A stretch of DNA of 64,000 bases from Adineta vaga (lineage: Eukaryota > Animalia > Rotifera), in contig CP075495.1 in the NCBI GenBank assembly GCA_021613535.1, positions 15,500,001-15,564,000 of the forward strand, written 5' to 3'. Made by a program: the position numbers and the translations under genes. This document shows, piece by piece, positions 63,432 through 64,000 of the stretch. Positions within the stretch are counted from its first letter, which is position 1. Each line of letters opens with the position of its first letter. The notes below the pieces were generated by a model that saw only the letters and a program-made list of their open reading frames with translations, had not been told where the DNA came from and searched no databases.

Positions 63432-64000
63432 AGCACTGTATTTTTAGCAAAGCACCTTTGAATTTCTTTGATTCTTTCCGAATTGAAACAGTTATTAAAC
63501 TTATTGTCTAGATACTCCTTTCCATTTGTTGGAGCCTTATGGGTATCATAGCTGTGTTTTAATTAATAACTAAGCATATCAGGATACCCCTATTTAGAAA
63601 GCGGTTTTTTCTAAAACAAAAGAACTTGGTTTTCTTTGGAGACAAGAAGATGCGCGGGAGTCTTTCGCTTCAGAATATATGTTGTTTTTCCGTAAAATAA
63701 CTAAATTGAAAAAAATATTCGGGAAAATACTGCTGTCGTATCGGCATCATTTCTCAGGAATTTTGACAGACTCTGAAAACGTTTAGTTTCGAAACACTAT
63801 TAGATAAGTCAATTTCTCATCGATTACTACAAGTCTATTGATAATAAAGTTATAGATTACATATTAATGAGCTTTTTTTGGATGATTATTTGAATAAGTA
63901 CAGAATGCTGTCTTTTCCGCTGAATTTTAATGAAAAATCGGCTCCTAAAACATTTTCAACGTTTTTTTCGAGATCTAGGATTTAGTCTTGAAAATTAAAA

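Noticed and set aside
63575-64000. Probable transposon end (caggatacccctatttag...)
   Set aside because: The partner end lies outside the window, so it cannot be verified or classified.

Overview
This is AT-rich eukaryotic DNA with short GT-AG introns (mostly about 50 bp). The gene families (F-box/LRR-like, ankyrin-ART and TPR-ART, NHL, pentapeptide-repeat, fungal- and bacterial-looking enzymes) and TGTGGG/TGAGGG telomere-like motifs point to a bdelloid rotifer; this is inference. It is a gene-dense, rearrangement-prone accessory region rich in pseudogenes, partial duplications and transposons. Highlights: (1) a 12-exon gene whose spliced frame is continuous (about 2050 aa) and fuses an AAA_28-type P-loop kinase, a cellular RdRP (DLDGD) and a Upf1-like SF1 helicase; (2) two tandem genes encoding signal peptide + propeptide + basic cleavage sites + a bacterial-type cold-shock domain, i.e. 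apparently secreted, processed Csp proteins; (3) an intronless P450 strikingly similar to vertebrate aromatase (CYP19); (4) a family of small inverted-repeat elements built from telomere-like repeats that sit at rearrangement breakpoints; (5) a two-gene P-superfamily-like transposon whose two proteins share an N-terminal domain, fused to a truncated hAT element; (6) a head-to-head pair of small glycine-zipper paralogues. All family assignments are by motif recognition; no database search was run.
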